Part shown: positions 28,579 through 37,658 of the stretch, in pieces | Layout of the letters: each line of letters opens with the position of its first letter | Position numbering within the stretch: position 1 is the stretch's first letter | Source: Chloroflexota bacterium | GTDB taxonomy: Bacteria > Chloroflexota > Dehalococcoidia > DSTF01 > JACRBR01 | Direction: 5' to 3' | DNA: 64,000 bases | Assembly: GCA_037444005.1 (NCBI GenBank) | Contig: JBBING010000003.1 | Location: forward strand, 15,006-79,005 | Position numbers and translations under genes: made by a program | The notes under the pieces: generated by a model | The model's input: only the letters and a program-made list of their open reading frames with translations | What the model was told of the DNA's origin: nothing | Databases searched by the model: none

Positions 28579-29385
28579 TCATCGTCCCGGCAGGATGAGG
28601 CCGCTCTGCGTCCTGCGAAACGAGGGGGCTTCTTCCGAAGACGGGCGGGGCGGCGGCCCGACCGGCGTCGCCGGGCCGACGTGACGCCGCGACGTCGTGG
28701 CGAGGGGCGACGGCTCCTCCGCAGACGCTTCGACGAGCGCGTCCGCCAGGTCCTCTTCGAACTCGACCTCGCCGACCAGCGCGATCCTTCCGTCCATGAT
28801 GGTGGTCGGGACCTCGCGCACTTCGTGACGCTCCATGAGGTCGGGGAACTCGGTGACCTCGACGACGGACGCATGCACTCGCGGGCTGGCGAGCGCGAGC
28901 CGCGCCGCGATGAGCGCCATCGCGGCGGAATGCGGGCACGGGGGCGCCACCAGGACAGTAAGGTCGACGTCGCGGCGCATCTTTTTGAGGATTCGCGCCG
29001 TCTCTCTCGAGACCATGGGCTCGCCATGGGACGCCGCGATGATCGCGTCGACGAAGGCCGGGAACAGGTCGGCCGCGGGGATGCCGAAGAATCGCAGCGG
29101 ACGGTTCAAGATGCCCCGGACGACGATGCCGGGAATGCGGTCGACGCCGAGCCGCGCCGCGGCGGCGCGCTCTTCGGAGAACTCATGCACGGTGAGGACG
29201 ATGCGCTCGGACAGGCTCGCCAACTCGCGGAGCATCTTCCGCACGTCTTCGCAGAAGGCGCACTCCTCGCGACCGGGCAGGACCAGCTTCGAGGGCCGCT
29301 GGGTGAAGAAATCGATGCGAACTCTGCCGCCGAGCTCTCTCTCGAAGAGCGATCGAATCGCTTCCTGCTCGCGCAGCGGGATCAC
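28579..29385 (-). CDS. PDO/glutaredoxin-like thioredoxin-fold protein (two Trx units: CAFC and CPHS)
   Basis: Two thioredoxin-fold repeats with CAFC and CPHS active-site motifs. The ATG overlaps the upstream stop (ATGA). Confidence 0.75.
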   Translation of the reverse strand: MIPLREQEAIRSLFERELGGRVRIDFFTQRPSKLVLPGREECAFCEDVRKMLRELASLSERIVLTVHEFSEERAAAARLGVDRIPGIVVRGILNRPLRFFGIPAADLFPAFVDAIIAASHGEPMVSRETARILKKMRRDVDLTVLVAPPCPHSAAMALIAARLALASPRVHASVVEVTEFPDLMERHEVREVPTTIMDGRIALVGEVEFEEDLADALVEASAEEPSPLATTSRRHVGPATPVGPPPRPSSEEAPSFRRTQSGLILPGR

Positions 29386-30017
29386 TTCGGGCCTCCCTCG
29401 GAATCTATGGAATCGGCCTCACGCAGGGCCTGCCGCACGGCGAGCAGCCGCTGGACCGCGGTGAGGTTCGCCAGGACGGCGAGCGCCCAGAGGGCGATGC
29501 GCACGGCGGGCGGCCAGGCCTGTCCTATGATAAGGGCCGCGCCCGTCAGGAGCACACGTTCTGCCCGCGTGAACAGCCCTTCGCGCAGGTCGACGCCGAC
29601 ACCCTGGGCCCTGGCTCGCACGTAGCTCACGAGCACCGAGCCGACGACGGCGGCGAAGATGACGCCCGCCATCGTGGCGTCGCTGTCGCCGGCGGTGTAG
29701 TGGTACAGCAGCCCGCCGAGGACCGCGGCTTCCGAAAGCCGGTCGAGCACCGAATCGTACACGGCCCCGAAGCGCGTCACGCGGCCCGTCGCCCGGGCCA
29801 GCGCGCCGTCGAGCAGATCCAGCGCGCTCGCCGCGAGCGTCGTCAGGCCGGCCGCGAGAAACCATCCCGATCCGGCGAAGGCGCCGGCGCCGACGTTGCC
29901 CAGAAAGCCCAGCGTCGACAGCGCGTTGGGCGTGATCCCCATTCGCGCCAGGACAGCTACGACCGGATCGAGGACCTGCGCGGGCGCCCGGCGCGGAAGC
30001 AGTTGCAGCGACGGCAT
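29382..30017 (-). CDS. CDP-alcohol phosphatidyltransferase (phosphatidylinositol-phosphate synthase-like)
   Basis: CDP-OH_P_transf motif DLLDGALARATGRVTRFGAVYDSVLDRLSE (D-G-x2-A-R...G...D-x3-D). Its position beside a PimA-like GT4 and ino1 mirrors pgsA1 in actinobacterial PI/PIM loci. Confidence 0.85.
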   Translation of the reverse strand: MPSLQLLPRRAPAQVLDPVVAVLARMGITPNALSTLGFLGNVGAGAFAGSGWFLAAGLTTLAASALDLLDGALARATGRVTRFGAVYDSVLDRLSEAAVLGGLLYHYTAGDSDATMAGVIFAAVVGSVLVSYVRARAQGVGVDLREGLFTRAERVLLTGAALIIGQAWPPAVRIALWALAVLANLTAVQRLLAVRQALREADSIDSEGGPK

Positions 30018-30018
30018 C

Positions 30019-31176
30019 CTATCGCCCCGCTTCCTGCGCCGCGTCGAGCGTCGGGTGTCGCCGAATGACCGCGCGCTCGTAGAGGAGACGCTCGTAGTAC
30101 GAGAGGACTTGCTGCGCGATCCGCCGCCAGTCGTACTGTTGCACGTGCTGCCGTCCTTCCTGGCTCATGCGGCGGCGCCGCTCCTCGTCCAGCAACAGGT
30201 CCGTGAGGGCGAAAGCGAGCGCCTCTGCGTCGCGAGGCGGCACGAGCACCCCCTGGACGCCATGGGTGATGACGAGCGCGAACCCCTCGATGTTGGACGC
30301 GACGATGGGCAGCCCCGCCGCCATCGCTTCGAGCAGCACGATGCCCTGACTCTCGTAGCCCGTGTTGGGCGCGCAAAAGACGTGACAGGACTGGTAGTAC
30401 CGGGGCAGTTCGTCGAACGGGACGTGACTCCGGAAGATCACGTCGCGCACGCCGGCGCGCCGCATGCTGCGCTCGTAGCGCTCGAACGAACCGGCGCCCA
30501 CCACCACGAGCCGGGCCGTCGGGATGCGCTGCTTCACGCCTACGAACGCGCGCAGCAGATAGCTCAGCCCCTTCCGCCGCTCGGGACGCCCCACGAAGAG
30601 GATGTTGGGGCCGCCGGCGAGCTCCGGCAGTGGTTCGCGCGGCCTGGCGAAATGTTCCACATCGATGCCGTTCGGGATGATGTTGTAGTAGCCGGGAAAA
30701 TACCGTGAGACGTGACGGGCGGCCGCCGCCGAGACCGCGATCTTGCCGTCGAGGCGCCGAAACCAGCGCCGGATGAGTCGCCTCCCGTACACGTAGTAGA
30801 CGTTCGACTCCGCGGCCGCGTGGAAGGTGCCGACGTTGACGGCTTCCGAATAGCGCAGGAACTGAATCGGGAGCTGGGGCACGAACGGCTCGTGGACGTG
30901 GACCACGTCGAACTGATGCTCGGCGAGCAGGCGGCGGACCGGTTTCGCCATGCGCAACGACAGGGAGATGCGGGCGATGGACCCGCCGACCCGCCAGGGA
31001 ATCGGCCGTCCCAGCGCCACCACCGGGCAGTCCGCCGCCATCGGCTGGCCGGACGACGGGCCCACGATGAGGCACTCGTGGCCCCGGCGCACGAACTCGC
31101 GGGCGAGGTGCCGGATGTGGTTGTTCACACCGCCGGGTACCGCGAGGTCGTAGGGCGAGACGAGAGCGACCTTCAC
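30019..31176 (-). CDS. GT4 family glycosyltransferase (PimA-like phosphatidylinositol mannosyltransferase)
   Basis: GT-B fold with an N-terminal MKVALVSPYDLAVPGGVNNHI and a C-terminal E-x7-E region (ESQGIVLLEAMAAGLPIVAS). Confidence 0.85.
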   Translation of the reverse strand: MKVALVSPYDLAVPGGVNNHIRHLAREFVRRGHECLIVGPSSGQPMAADCPVVALGRPIPWRVGGSIARISLSLRMAKPVRRLLAEHQFDVVHVHEPFVPQLPIQFLRYSEAVNVGTFHAAAESNVYYVYGRRLIRRWFRRLDGKIAVSAAAARHVSRYFPGYYNIIPNGIDVEHFARPREPLPELAGGPNILFVGRPERRKGLSYLLRAFVGVKQRIPTARLVVVGAGSFERYERSMRRAGVRDVIFRSHVPFDELPRYYQSCHVFCAPNTGYESQGIVLLEAMAAGLPIVASNIEGFALVITHGVQGVLVPPRDAEALAFALTDLLLDEERRRRMSQEGRQHVQQYDWRRIAQQVLSYYERLLYERAVIRRHPTLDAAQEAGR

Positions 31177-31925
31177 GGCAGCACCCGCTTGATGAAGCTA
31201 CGGACCGTCGGAATCCAGCCCTGGGCGCGCGGCGTGGCCATCAGGCCTCGCCATTGTTGGACCGCGATGTTCCTCCATCCGAGGTCCGAGAGCCGGGGGT
31301 ATCGCCCCGCGACCGCGCGGGTGGCGCGAGCCTCGATGGCGCGCCTGAGGTCCTGCGCCGTGGCCCCTTCGAATTCCGTGTACGCGCTCCCGATGGCCTG
31401 CAGGAAGTGAGCGTCGCTGCCGGCGATATCGGCGAGATGGTAGCGGGCGCCGTTCAGCGATGACGCCTTCCGCATGCCGATGCGGCCCGCGGGGCCGAGA
31501 TTCACGGTCTCGATGCCGTCGAACGCGACCCCCGGAACGCCTTCGGCGAGGATGCGCTCGATAACGCGCTGCCCGACGCTGCGCGTCAGCCAGCTCATCG
31601 GATGGGGAATGATGCAGAGGCCCCCCAGGCGATGCACGGCGGCGAGCGTCTCGCGGAGGGGCCGCAGGCTCGGGACCGGCTCCTCGATGAACAGCGCGAT
31701 GAGATGGCCTTCGATCGTGGTGATCTCCTCGCCCACCACCAGGTCGAAGCGATAGCGTCCGGCGGCCCATCGCTCGCGGGCGTCCAGAGCGGCGTCGAGC
31801 CGATCGTGCTCGGTGATCGCGATGACCGAAAGGTCCGTGCGCTCCTCGACATACTCGAGGATTTCTTCGACGCCGGCCATGCCGTCGCCGTAGGTGGTGT
31901 GAATGTGGAGGTCCGCCTTGCCCAC
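31173..31925 (-). CDS. PHP (polymerase/histidinol-phosphatase) domain phosphoesterase
   Basis: Metal-binding motifs ADLHIHTTYGDG, ITEHD, IIPHP and SDAH. The GTG at 31925 avoids overlap with the upstream acyltransferase; a longer ATG 32027 form would overlap it by 94 nt. Confidence 0.8.
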   Translation of the reverse strand: MGKADLHIHTTYGDGMAGVEEILEYVEERTDLSVIAITEHDRLDAALDARERWAAGRYRFDLVVGEEITTIEGHLIALFIEEPVPSLRPLRETLAAVHRLGGLCIIPHPMSWLTRSVGQRVIERILAEGVPGVAFDGIETVNLGPAGRIGMRKASSLNGARYHLADIAGSDAHFLQAIGSAYTEFEGATAQDLRRAIEARATRAVAGRYPRLSDLGWRNIAVQQWRGLMATPRAQGWIPTVRSFIKRVLP

Positions 31926-31933
31926 GTCGCGCG

Positions 31934-32896
31934 CTATTGTACCGCAGGGGTCGCCGGCGACCGGCCTTCGGCGGCCGAGCCTTCCGTCGAGGGTTCTTCC
32001 CAGCAGATGCGCTCGACCACGGTCCACTGACCTGGGTCGGCGGCCATGTGCTCCTCGAAGACCGCCATGAGCCGCGCGAGGTTTTCCCTGAGGTCTCGTT
32101 CGCGGTCGCCGGTGACTGTGAGGGGCATGGCCGGGCCGAGCTTCGCGTGCAGCGTGTAGCGTCCGGTGCGGCGAACCATCGCCGGGAACACGATCGCGCC
32201 CGTGCGCAGGGCGAGGTCGATGACGCCAGTGGGCGCGCGCATCATCCTGCCGCGGAATGGGACCATGACGCCCGTCCCCTGAATGTCGCGGTCGAACAGG
32301 ACGGCGACGATCTCTCCGCTGCGGAGCCGGCGGATAGCCTCCTTGATGCCGTCGAAGCTGGCCGTGCGGTAGATGTGGCCGTGCGCCTCGCGGAGCCGGT
32401 GCGTGAGATCCGAGAGCTGTCGCGGCTGGAGGGGTTCGGTCAGCGCGAACACGCGGATGCCGAGCGGGGCCAGCCCCTGAACAGCGATCTCGGGGTTCCC
32501 GTAGTGGGCGCTGGCCAGCACCACGCCCTTCCCGGTGGCGGCAGCCGCTCGCAGATCGTCGATGCCGTCGATGACGAGCCGCTTCCTCAGGAATTCGTCG
32601 AGGTCCATCCGCGGGAAGGCGATGAGGTCGGCGTAGTAGTACGCGGTATGACGGGCGGCTCTCCGGGCAGCGCGATCGATAGCGTCCTCGCTCGCGCCCG
32701 GGCCGAGCGCCAGACGCATGTTATGTTGCAGCGAGGCCCTGATGCCCGGGGCGAAGCGGTAGACGCGGTCGGCCACGAAGTCGGCGATGGCGTATCGCGC
32801 GCGCAGCGGCAGCCGCCCGATCGTCTGATAGACGATCCAGAGCAGCCAGAACTTCCAGATGCCGCCGGCGCTGCGACGGCTTCCCGGGAGGCTCAC
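31934..32896 (-). CDS. LpxL/HtrB-family lysophospholipid acyltransferase (PIM acyltransferase-like)
   Basis: N-terminal TM (WKFWLLWIVYQTIG) and an acyltransferase region containing HYGNPE and AVLFDRD. Confidence 0.8.
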   Translation of the reverse strand: MSLPGSRRSAGGIWKFWLLWIVYQTIGRLPLRARYAIADFVADRVYRFAPGIRASLQHNMRLALGPGASEDAIDRAARRAARHTAYYYADLIAFPRMDLDEFLRKRLVIDGIDDLRAAAATGKGVVLASAHYGNPEIAVQGLAPLGIRVFALTEPLQPRQLSDLTHRLREAHGHIYRTASFDGIKEAIRRLRSGEIVAVLFDRDIQGTGVMVPFRGRMMRAPTGVIDLALRTGAIVFPAMVRRTGRYTLHAKLGPAMPLTVTGDRERDLRENLARLMAVFEEHMAADPGQWTVVERICWEEPSTEGSAAEGRSPATPAVQ

Positions 32897-33765
32897 TCGG
32901 CAGGCTCCTCGGCCGGAGGCGCCGCTTCATCGAACCACGACGACGCCCACATCCGCCGGAAGATGTACCACTGTTCGGGGTGTTTGCGCACCTGCCGTTC
33001 GAGGGAACGCATGATGGCCTGCGTCAGCGCTCGCACATCCGCCTCCTCGTCGCCCGTCGGCTTGAAGCGGAGGCTGGCGTCGATCACGGGGATGACGTGC
33101 GTCGGGTCGTCGTCACCTCTGAGGACGACGGCCGGCATCACGGCCGCGCCCATGCGCAGCGCCAGGCGCGCGGGCCCGGCGGACACGGTTGTCGGCGCGC
33201 CGAAGAACTCGACCGTCACGCTTTGGCCGGGCGCATCGACATCGATGAGCAGCGCGACCATCTCGCCGCGGCGCAGCGCCCGGACCAGGCCGGGGCCCAC
33301 ACCGGTGACAGGAACCACCTTCATGCCCAGGCGCTCGCGCGACTGAAAGACCAGCTCGGTGAGCTTCGGGTACGGAAAGACGTCGCCGACGGCGTTGACC
33401 GGGTAGTCGTAGGCGGCGAGAGAGGCGGCGCCCAGATCCCACACGCCGAAGTGCAGAGTAACGATGACGACGCCCTTGCCCTGACGATACAGGGCGTTGA
33501 GATTGTCCCAATCGTCGAAGCGCAGCCGGCGGCGGATTTCGTCGCGGGTCATCGTGGGGAAATGGACGAAATCGACGACGAAGCGGCCGAAGTTGCGGAA
33601 CGCGCGGCGGGCGACGCGGTCGACCTCGCGGCGGTCCCGGGTCGCGAGCACGCGGGCGAGGTTCTCGTTGAGGCTGCGCCGCTGGCGCCGGAACAGCGGA
33701 TAGCAGATGTCCGCCACCCGGGCCGCCACGAAATAGGCGGTCCGAAGGGGCAGCGGGCGCATCAC
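32893..33765 (-). CDS. LpxL/HtrB-family lysophospholipid acyltransferase (second paralogue)
   Basis: Paralogous to the downstream gene (HFGVWD, ALLIDVDAPG). Its stop overlaps the next start. Confidence 0.8.
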   Translation of the reverse strand: MMRPLPLRTAYFVAARVADICYPLFRRQRRSLNENLARVLATRDRREVDRVARRAFRNFGRFVVDFVHFPTMTRDEIRRRLRFDDWDNLNALYRQGKGVVIVTLHFGVWDLGAASLAAYDYPVNAVGDVFPYPKLTELVFQSRERLGMKVVPVTGVGPGLVRALRRGEMVALLIDVDAPGQSVTVEFFGAPTTVSAGPARLALRMGAAVMPAVVLRGDDDPTHVIPVIDASLRFKPTGDEEADVRALTQAIMRSLERQVRKHPEQWYIFRRMWASSWFDEAAPPAEEPAE

Positions 33766-33823
33766 GAGAATCGTGAGGCGAAACAGCCAGTAGATGACGC
33801 GCCAGAGGTTGTAGCGCCAGAAA

Positions 33824-35185
33824 TCAGGCGGTGGCTGCGACCCCTGCGATGAACTCCTCCGTGAGCCGACGCGCTTCCTCGTCGCTGTATTGCCGGGGCG
33901 GCGACTTCATGAAGTACGCCGAGGGGCCCTCCAGCGGCCCGCTCAGGCCCCAATCGAGGGCAAGCTTACAGCACCGGATCGCGTCGATCACCACGCCGGC
34001 CGAGTTGGGGCTGTCCCACACCTCCAGCTTCAATTCGAGGTTGAGCGGCACGTTACCGAAGGTCGTGCCCTCCATCCGGATGTAGCACCACTTCCGGTCG
34101 AGCAACCACGGCACGTGGTCGCTCGGCCCGACATGGACGTCGTCCGAGGGCAGTTCGTAATCGAGCTGAGAGGTGACGGCCCCCGTCTTCGAGATCTTCT
34201 TCGATTCGAGACGCTCGCGCTCGAGCATGTTCAAGAAGTCGGTGTTGCCCCCGAAGTTGAGCTGGTACGTCCGGTCGAGGCGCACACCACGGTCTCGGAA
34301 CAGCTTCGTGAGCACCCGGTGGACGATGGTGGCGCCGACCTGGGACTTGATGTCGTCGCCGATGATCGGCAGGCCCGCGTCCTGGAACCGGCGGGGCCAG
34401 TAGCCGTTGGGGTCGCGGGCGATGAAGACAGGGATGCAGTTCACGAAGCCGCAGCCCGCCGCCAGCACCTGCTCGACGTACCACTTGGTGGCCTCCTCCG
34501 AGCCCACCGGCAGGTAGTTCACGACCACGTGCGTCTGGGTCTCCTTGAGGATGCGCACGATATCGGCGGTGCCGCCGGGCGCTTTGTAGATGACCTGCGA
34601 GAGGTACTTCCCCAGGCCGTCGTGGGTCATGCCGCGGGCGACGGTCACGCCCGTGAGAGGGACGTCGCAGAACTTGTAGGTGTTGTTCGGCGGGGTAAAG
34701 ATGGCCTCGGCGAGATCCTTGCCGACTTTGTTGGCGTCGATGTCGATGGCGGCGACGAAGCGGATATCGCGCACGTGGTAGCCGCCCAGGTTGACGTGCA
34801 TCAAGCCCGGCACGAACTCGTCCTCGCGGGCGTCCTGGTAGAAGTAGACGCCCTGGACCAGCGACGACGCGCAGTTGCCGATTCCGATGATGGCGACGTT
34901 GATGGGGCCCTTGTCTCCTGGCATGAGTGCCTCCTGCGAAGGGCGCCGCCCCCGCGTAGGCCGGGCCGACTCCGGCTCGAAGAGCTCGCGCTCCGGCAGC
35001 CCGAGGATGTCGGCGACCGCCTCACGAAAGCTGCGGCTGGGCCGCTTGGCGCCCGACTTTACCAGCGAGAGGTAGCTCTCGCTGAATCGCTGTCCGCGCC
35101 GGGCCAACTCGGCCAACAGCCATCGCTGCGTCCGGCCCTGCGCTTCCAGCACGTCGAACAATCGCGGCTTTACTCGATCCGGCAT
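33824..35185 (-). CDS. ino1: myo-Inositol-1-phosphate synthase with in-frame N-terminal HTH-XRE domain (internal RBS+ATG at 34924 gives stand-alone MIPS)
   Basis: The MIPS core runs from [25 protein letters not shown] to the end (366 aa). The 87 in-frame codons upstream encode a canonical HTH_XRE ([44 protein letters not shown]). A perfect AGGAGG RBS lies 5 nt before the internal ATG at 34924. Confidence 0.85.
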   Translation of the reverse strand: MPDRVKPRLFDVLEAQGRTQRWLLAELARRGQRFSESYLSLVKSGAKRPSRSFREAVADILGLPERELFEPESARPTRGRRPSQEALMPGDKGPINVAIIGIGNCASSLVQGVYFYQDAREDEFVPGLMHVNLGGYHVRDIRFVAAIDIDANKVGKDLAEAIFTPPNNTYKFCDVPLTGVTVARGMTHDGLGKYLSQVIYKAPGGTADIVRILKETQTHVVVNYLPVGSEEATKWYVEQVLAAGCGFVNCIPVFIARDPNGYWPRRFQDAGLPIIGDDIKSQVGATIVHRVLTKLFRDRGVRLDRTYQLNFGGNTDFLNMLERERLESKKISKTGAVTSQLDYELPSDDVHVGPSDHVPWLLDRKWCYIRMEGTTFGNVPLNLELKLEVWDSPNSAGVVIDAIRCCKLALDWGLSGPLEGPSAYFMKSPPRQYSDEEARRLTEEFIAGVAATA

Positions 35186-35199
35186 GAGAATCGGACGAT

Positions 35200-35217
35200 G
35201 GTAAAGATAGCCTTACC
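35200..35217 (-). promoter_or_regulatory. Imperfect palindrome GGTAAGGCTATCTTTACC 15 nt upstream of the HTH-ino1 start (candidate operator)
   Basis: Inverted repeat GGTAA-N8-TTACC read on the minus strand, immediately 5' of the ATG at 35185. Confidence 0.3.
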
Positions 35218-35278
35218 ACGGTCGAGCATACGTCACCGCAGCGGCGCCGTCAATGGTGAAGTCGGGGTAAAGTTCGGG

Positions 35279-36187
35279 TCAGGACGGGCGAAGGTGCGAG
35301 GCGAGCCCTTCGCGGAGCGGCGTTAGGCGCAGCTCCAGCGCCGCCAGCAGAGGGCCGTTGTCCGCCACCGCGCTGTGCGTGATGAAGTCCACCGCGTCCG
35401 CAGAGAGTGGGGGATTTGGCAAGAGCGAGGCCACGCGACCGATGAGCTTCCCGAGGACGACGGGCTGATGCAGGATGAACCGGCGCTTCCCGGCGACCTC
35501 GAGGGCGGTGCGGATGACCTCGTCCATCGTCATGACGTCCGGCCCGCCGATCTCGAACGTCTGGTTGACGCACGCGGGCGTCTGCAGGGAGAGCACGACC
35601 GCTTTCGCCACGTCTTCCACGAACACCGGCTGCATGAGCTGCTTGCCATCGCCGAAGGTCGGCACGAACGGGAGGAACTTCGCGAAGCCCAGGAAGCGGT
35701 TCAGTGCCACGTCTTCAGGGCCGTACACCCAGGTCGGCCGGAAGATGGTAAACGGGATGCCGCTGGCGCGGATCGCCTCCTCGGCCTGCCACTTGAACCG
35801 GAACCAGTGCTTGTCGGCGTCGGGCGCGGCGCCAACGCCGCTCAGGTATACGATGCGCTTGACCCCCGCCGCCTTCGACGCCTCCACGAGGTTGACGGTT
35901 CCCCGGTAGTCGACGTTCTCGAACGTCCAGCCTTTCCGCGGGATTTCGATGGGGGACGTCGGAAACTGAACGCAGTTGATCACCGTGTCGACGCCGCGGA
36001 GGGCGGTGGTGAGGGATGCGGGATCCGTGACGTCGCCGCCGCGCGCCTCCAGGGTGTACTCGGGAAAGCGCTGCGCTACCTTCGAGGGGATGCGCGAGAG
36101 CACCGCCACCGGCGCGGGCCGCTGGCGCATCAACTCGCGCACGATGGCCGATCCGATGAATCCGGTGCCTCCCGCGACGAGGATCAT
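35279..36187 (-). CDS. NAD(P)H-binding atypical SDR / NAD-dependent epimerase-dehydratase family protein
   Basis: MILVAGGTGFIGSAIV Rossmann motif preceded by an AAGGAG RBS. NmrA/complex-I NDUFA9-like length and motifs. Confidence 0.8.
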   Translation of the reverse strand: MILVAGGTGFIGSAIVRELMRQRPAPVAVLSRIPSKVAQRFPEYTLEARGGDVTDPASLTTALRGVDTVINCVQFPTSPIEIPRKGWTFENVDYRGTVNLVEASKAAGVKRIVYLSGVGAAPDADKHWFRFKWQAEEAIRASGIPFTIFRPTWVYGPEDVALNRFLGFAKFLPFVPTFGDGKQLMQPVFVEDVAKAVVLSLQTPACVNQTFEIGGPDVMTMDEVIRTALEVAGKRRFILHQPVVLGKLIGRVASLLPNPPLSADAVDFITHSAVADNGPLLAALELRLTPLREGLASHLRPS

Positions 36188-36267
36188 GGTGTAGGCTCCT
36201 TCCAGCGTGCGCGCCAACGAGCGGCGGGCTTCATGCTTCCACGGCGTCGCGTGCGAGTCAAGCAGTG

Positions 36268-36477
36268 TCAGAAGGCGAGCCGTAGCAACGGCACGAGCAG
36301 AGCCAGGACGAACAACGCCGCGACGAGCGCGATCATCCACGGGCGCAGCGGCGAAGGGCGCGGCTCCCAGTCGCTGTAACCGTGCGCCTCGGTCAGATCC
36401 CAGTCGGGGTCGTCCGGGTCTGGGTCCCAGTACGTCTCGTCGTCTTGCGTTCGGCCGTTCGGGTCGTCGGGCCACAT
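36268..36477 (-). CDS. Small hypothetical membrane-anchored protein (acidic, Trp/Asp/Pro-rich N-terminus)
   Basis: 69 aa: MWPDDPNGRTQDDETYWDPDPDDPDWDLTEAHGYSDWEPRPSPLRPW followed by one TM helix. A GGAGG RBS sits 8 nt upstream. Confidence 0.4.
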   Translation of the reverse strand: MWPDDPNGRTQDDETYWDPDPDDPDWDLTEAHGYSDWEPRPSPLRPWMIALVAALFVLALLVPLLRLAF

Positions 36478-36619
36478 CGCTGTCGCCTCCGCGGTGGGTC
36501 CCATTGTACCGCTGCGCCAGGAACGTGAGCGGACGGGTTCAGCCAAACCGACGAGGGGTGTATCATCCGCTTCGCTCGCCCGGACTGGAAGGCGGCGAGA
36601 GAAAGCGAGGATGTGCGAC

Positions 36620-37651
36620 ATGAAAGTCGAGACGGGCGTTCGACAGGACGACCTCACGAAGGTGGCGGAGAGCGCGCGGGAAGCGGAAGCGCTGGGCTAC
36701 GACGGCATCATCACCGCTCACACCGCGCACGATCCGCTGCTGCCGCTGGCCATCGCGGCGGTGAACACCGAGCGGATCACCCTCGGGACGGCGGTGCTGA
36801 TCGCCTTCCCGCGGACTCCGATGGTGACAGCCATGGAGGCGTGGGACCTGCAGAAGGCGTCGAAAGGGCGCCTACTGCTGGGCCTCGGCACGCAAGTCAA
36901 AGGGCACAACATCCGTCGATTCAGCGTCGAGTGGCTGCCGCCAGGCCCGCGCCTGCGAGAGTACATTCAGTGCCTGCGGTCCATCTGGGATTGCTGGCAG
37001 AACGGGACGAAGCCGGAGTTCGTGGGGAAGTACTACCAGTTCACGCTAATGACGCCCTTCTTCAACCCGGGGCCCATCGAGCATCCTCACATCCCCATCT
37101 ACGTCTCCGCCGTCAACCCGTACAACTGCCAGACCATCGGGATGCTGTGCGATGGCGCCCGCATCCACGGGTTCAACACGCCGAAGTATCTGCGCGAGGT
37201 CATCCTGCCGAACATCGAGGCGGGCGCGATGAAGGTCGGCCGCTCCCTGAAAGACATCGACATCGCCGGCGGCGGCTTCGTTGCCACCGGAAAGACGTGG
37301 GACGACGTCGAGCGTGCGCGGGAGCAGGTGCGCAGCCAGGTCGCGTTCTACGCGTCTACCCGGACGTACAAGGCCGTGCTCGACCTCCATGGATGGGGAG
37401 AGACGTGCGACAAGCTCAACCGGATGGTCGCGGAGGGCAAGTGGAACGAGCTGAGCAAGGAGATCACCGACGAGATGCTGGACCAGTTCTGTGTGTCCGG
37501 CACGTACGACGACATCGTTCCGCGCATCCAGAAGCATTTCGACGGCATGGTGAACCGGCTGATGATCGGGCTGCCGTCGCGGACCGAGGAAGAGCGGGAG
37601 ATCGCGCGGCACCTCATCGACCAGCTCCACCGGCTCGAGCCGTCGAGCTAG
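36620..37651 (+). CDS. LLM-class (luciferase-like) flavin/F420-dependent oxidoreductase
   Basis: TIM-barrel LLM signatures ([27 protein letters not shown]). GAGG RBS 9 nt before the ATG. Confidence 0.8.
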   Translation: MKVETGVRQDDLTKVAESAREAEALGYDGIITAHTAHDPLLPLAIAAVNTERITLGTAVLIAFPRTPMVTAMEAWDLQKASKGRLLLGLGTQVKGHNIRRFSVEWLPPGPRLREYIQCLRSIWDCWQNGTKPEFVGKYYQFTLMTPFFNPGPIEHPHIPIYVSAVNPYNCQTIGMLCDGARIHGFNTPKYLREVILPNIEAGAMKVGRSLKDIDIAGGGFVATGKTWDDVERAREQVRSQVAFYASTRTYKAVLDLHGWGETCDKLNRMVAEGKWNELSKEITDEMLDQFCVSGTYDDIVPRIQKHFDGMVNRLMIGLPSRTEEEREIARHLIDQLHRLEPSS

Positions 37652-37658
37652 TCGCGCC

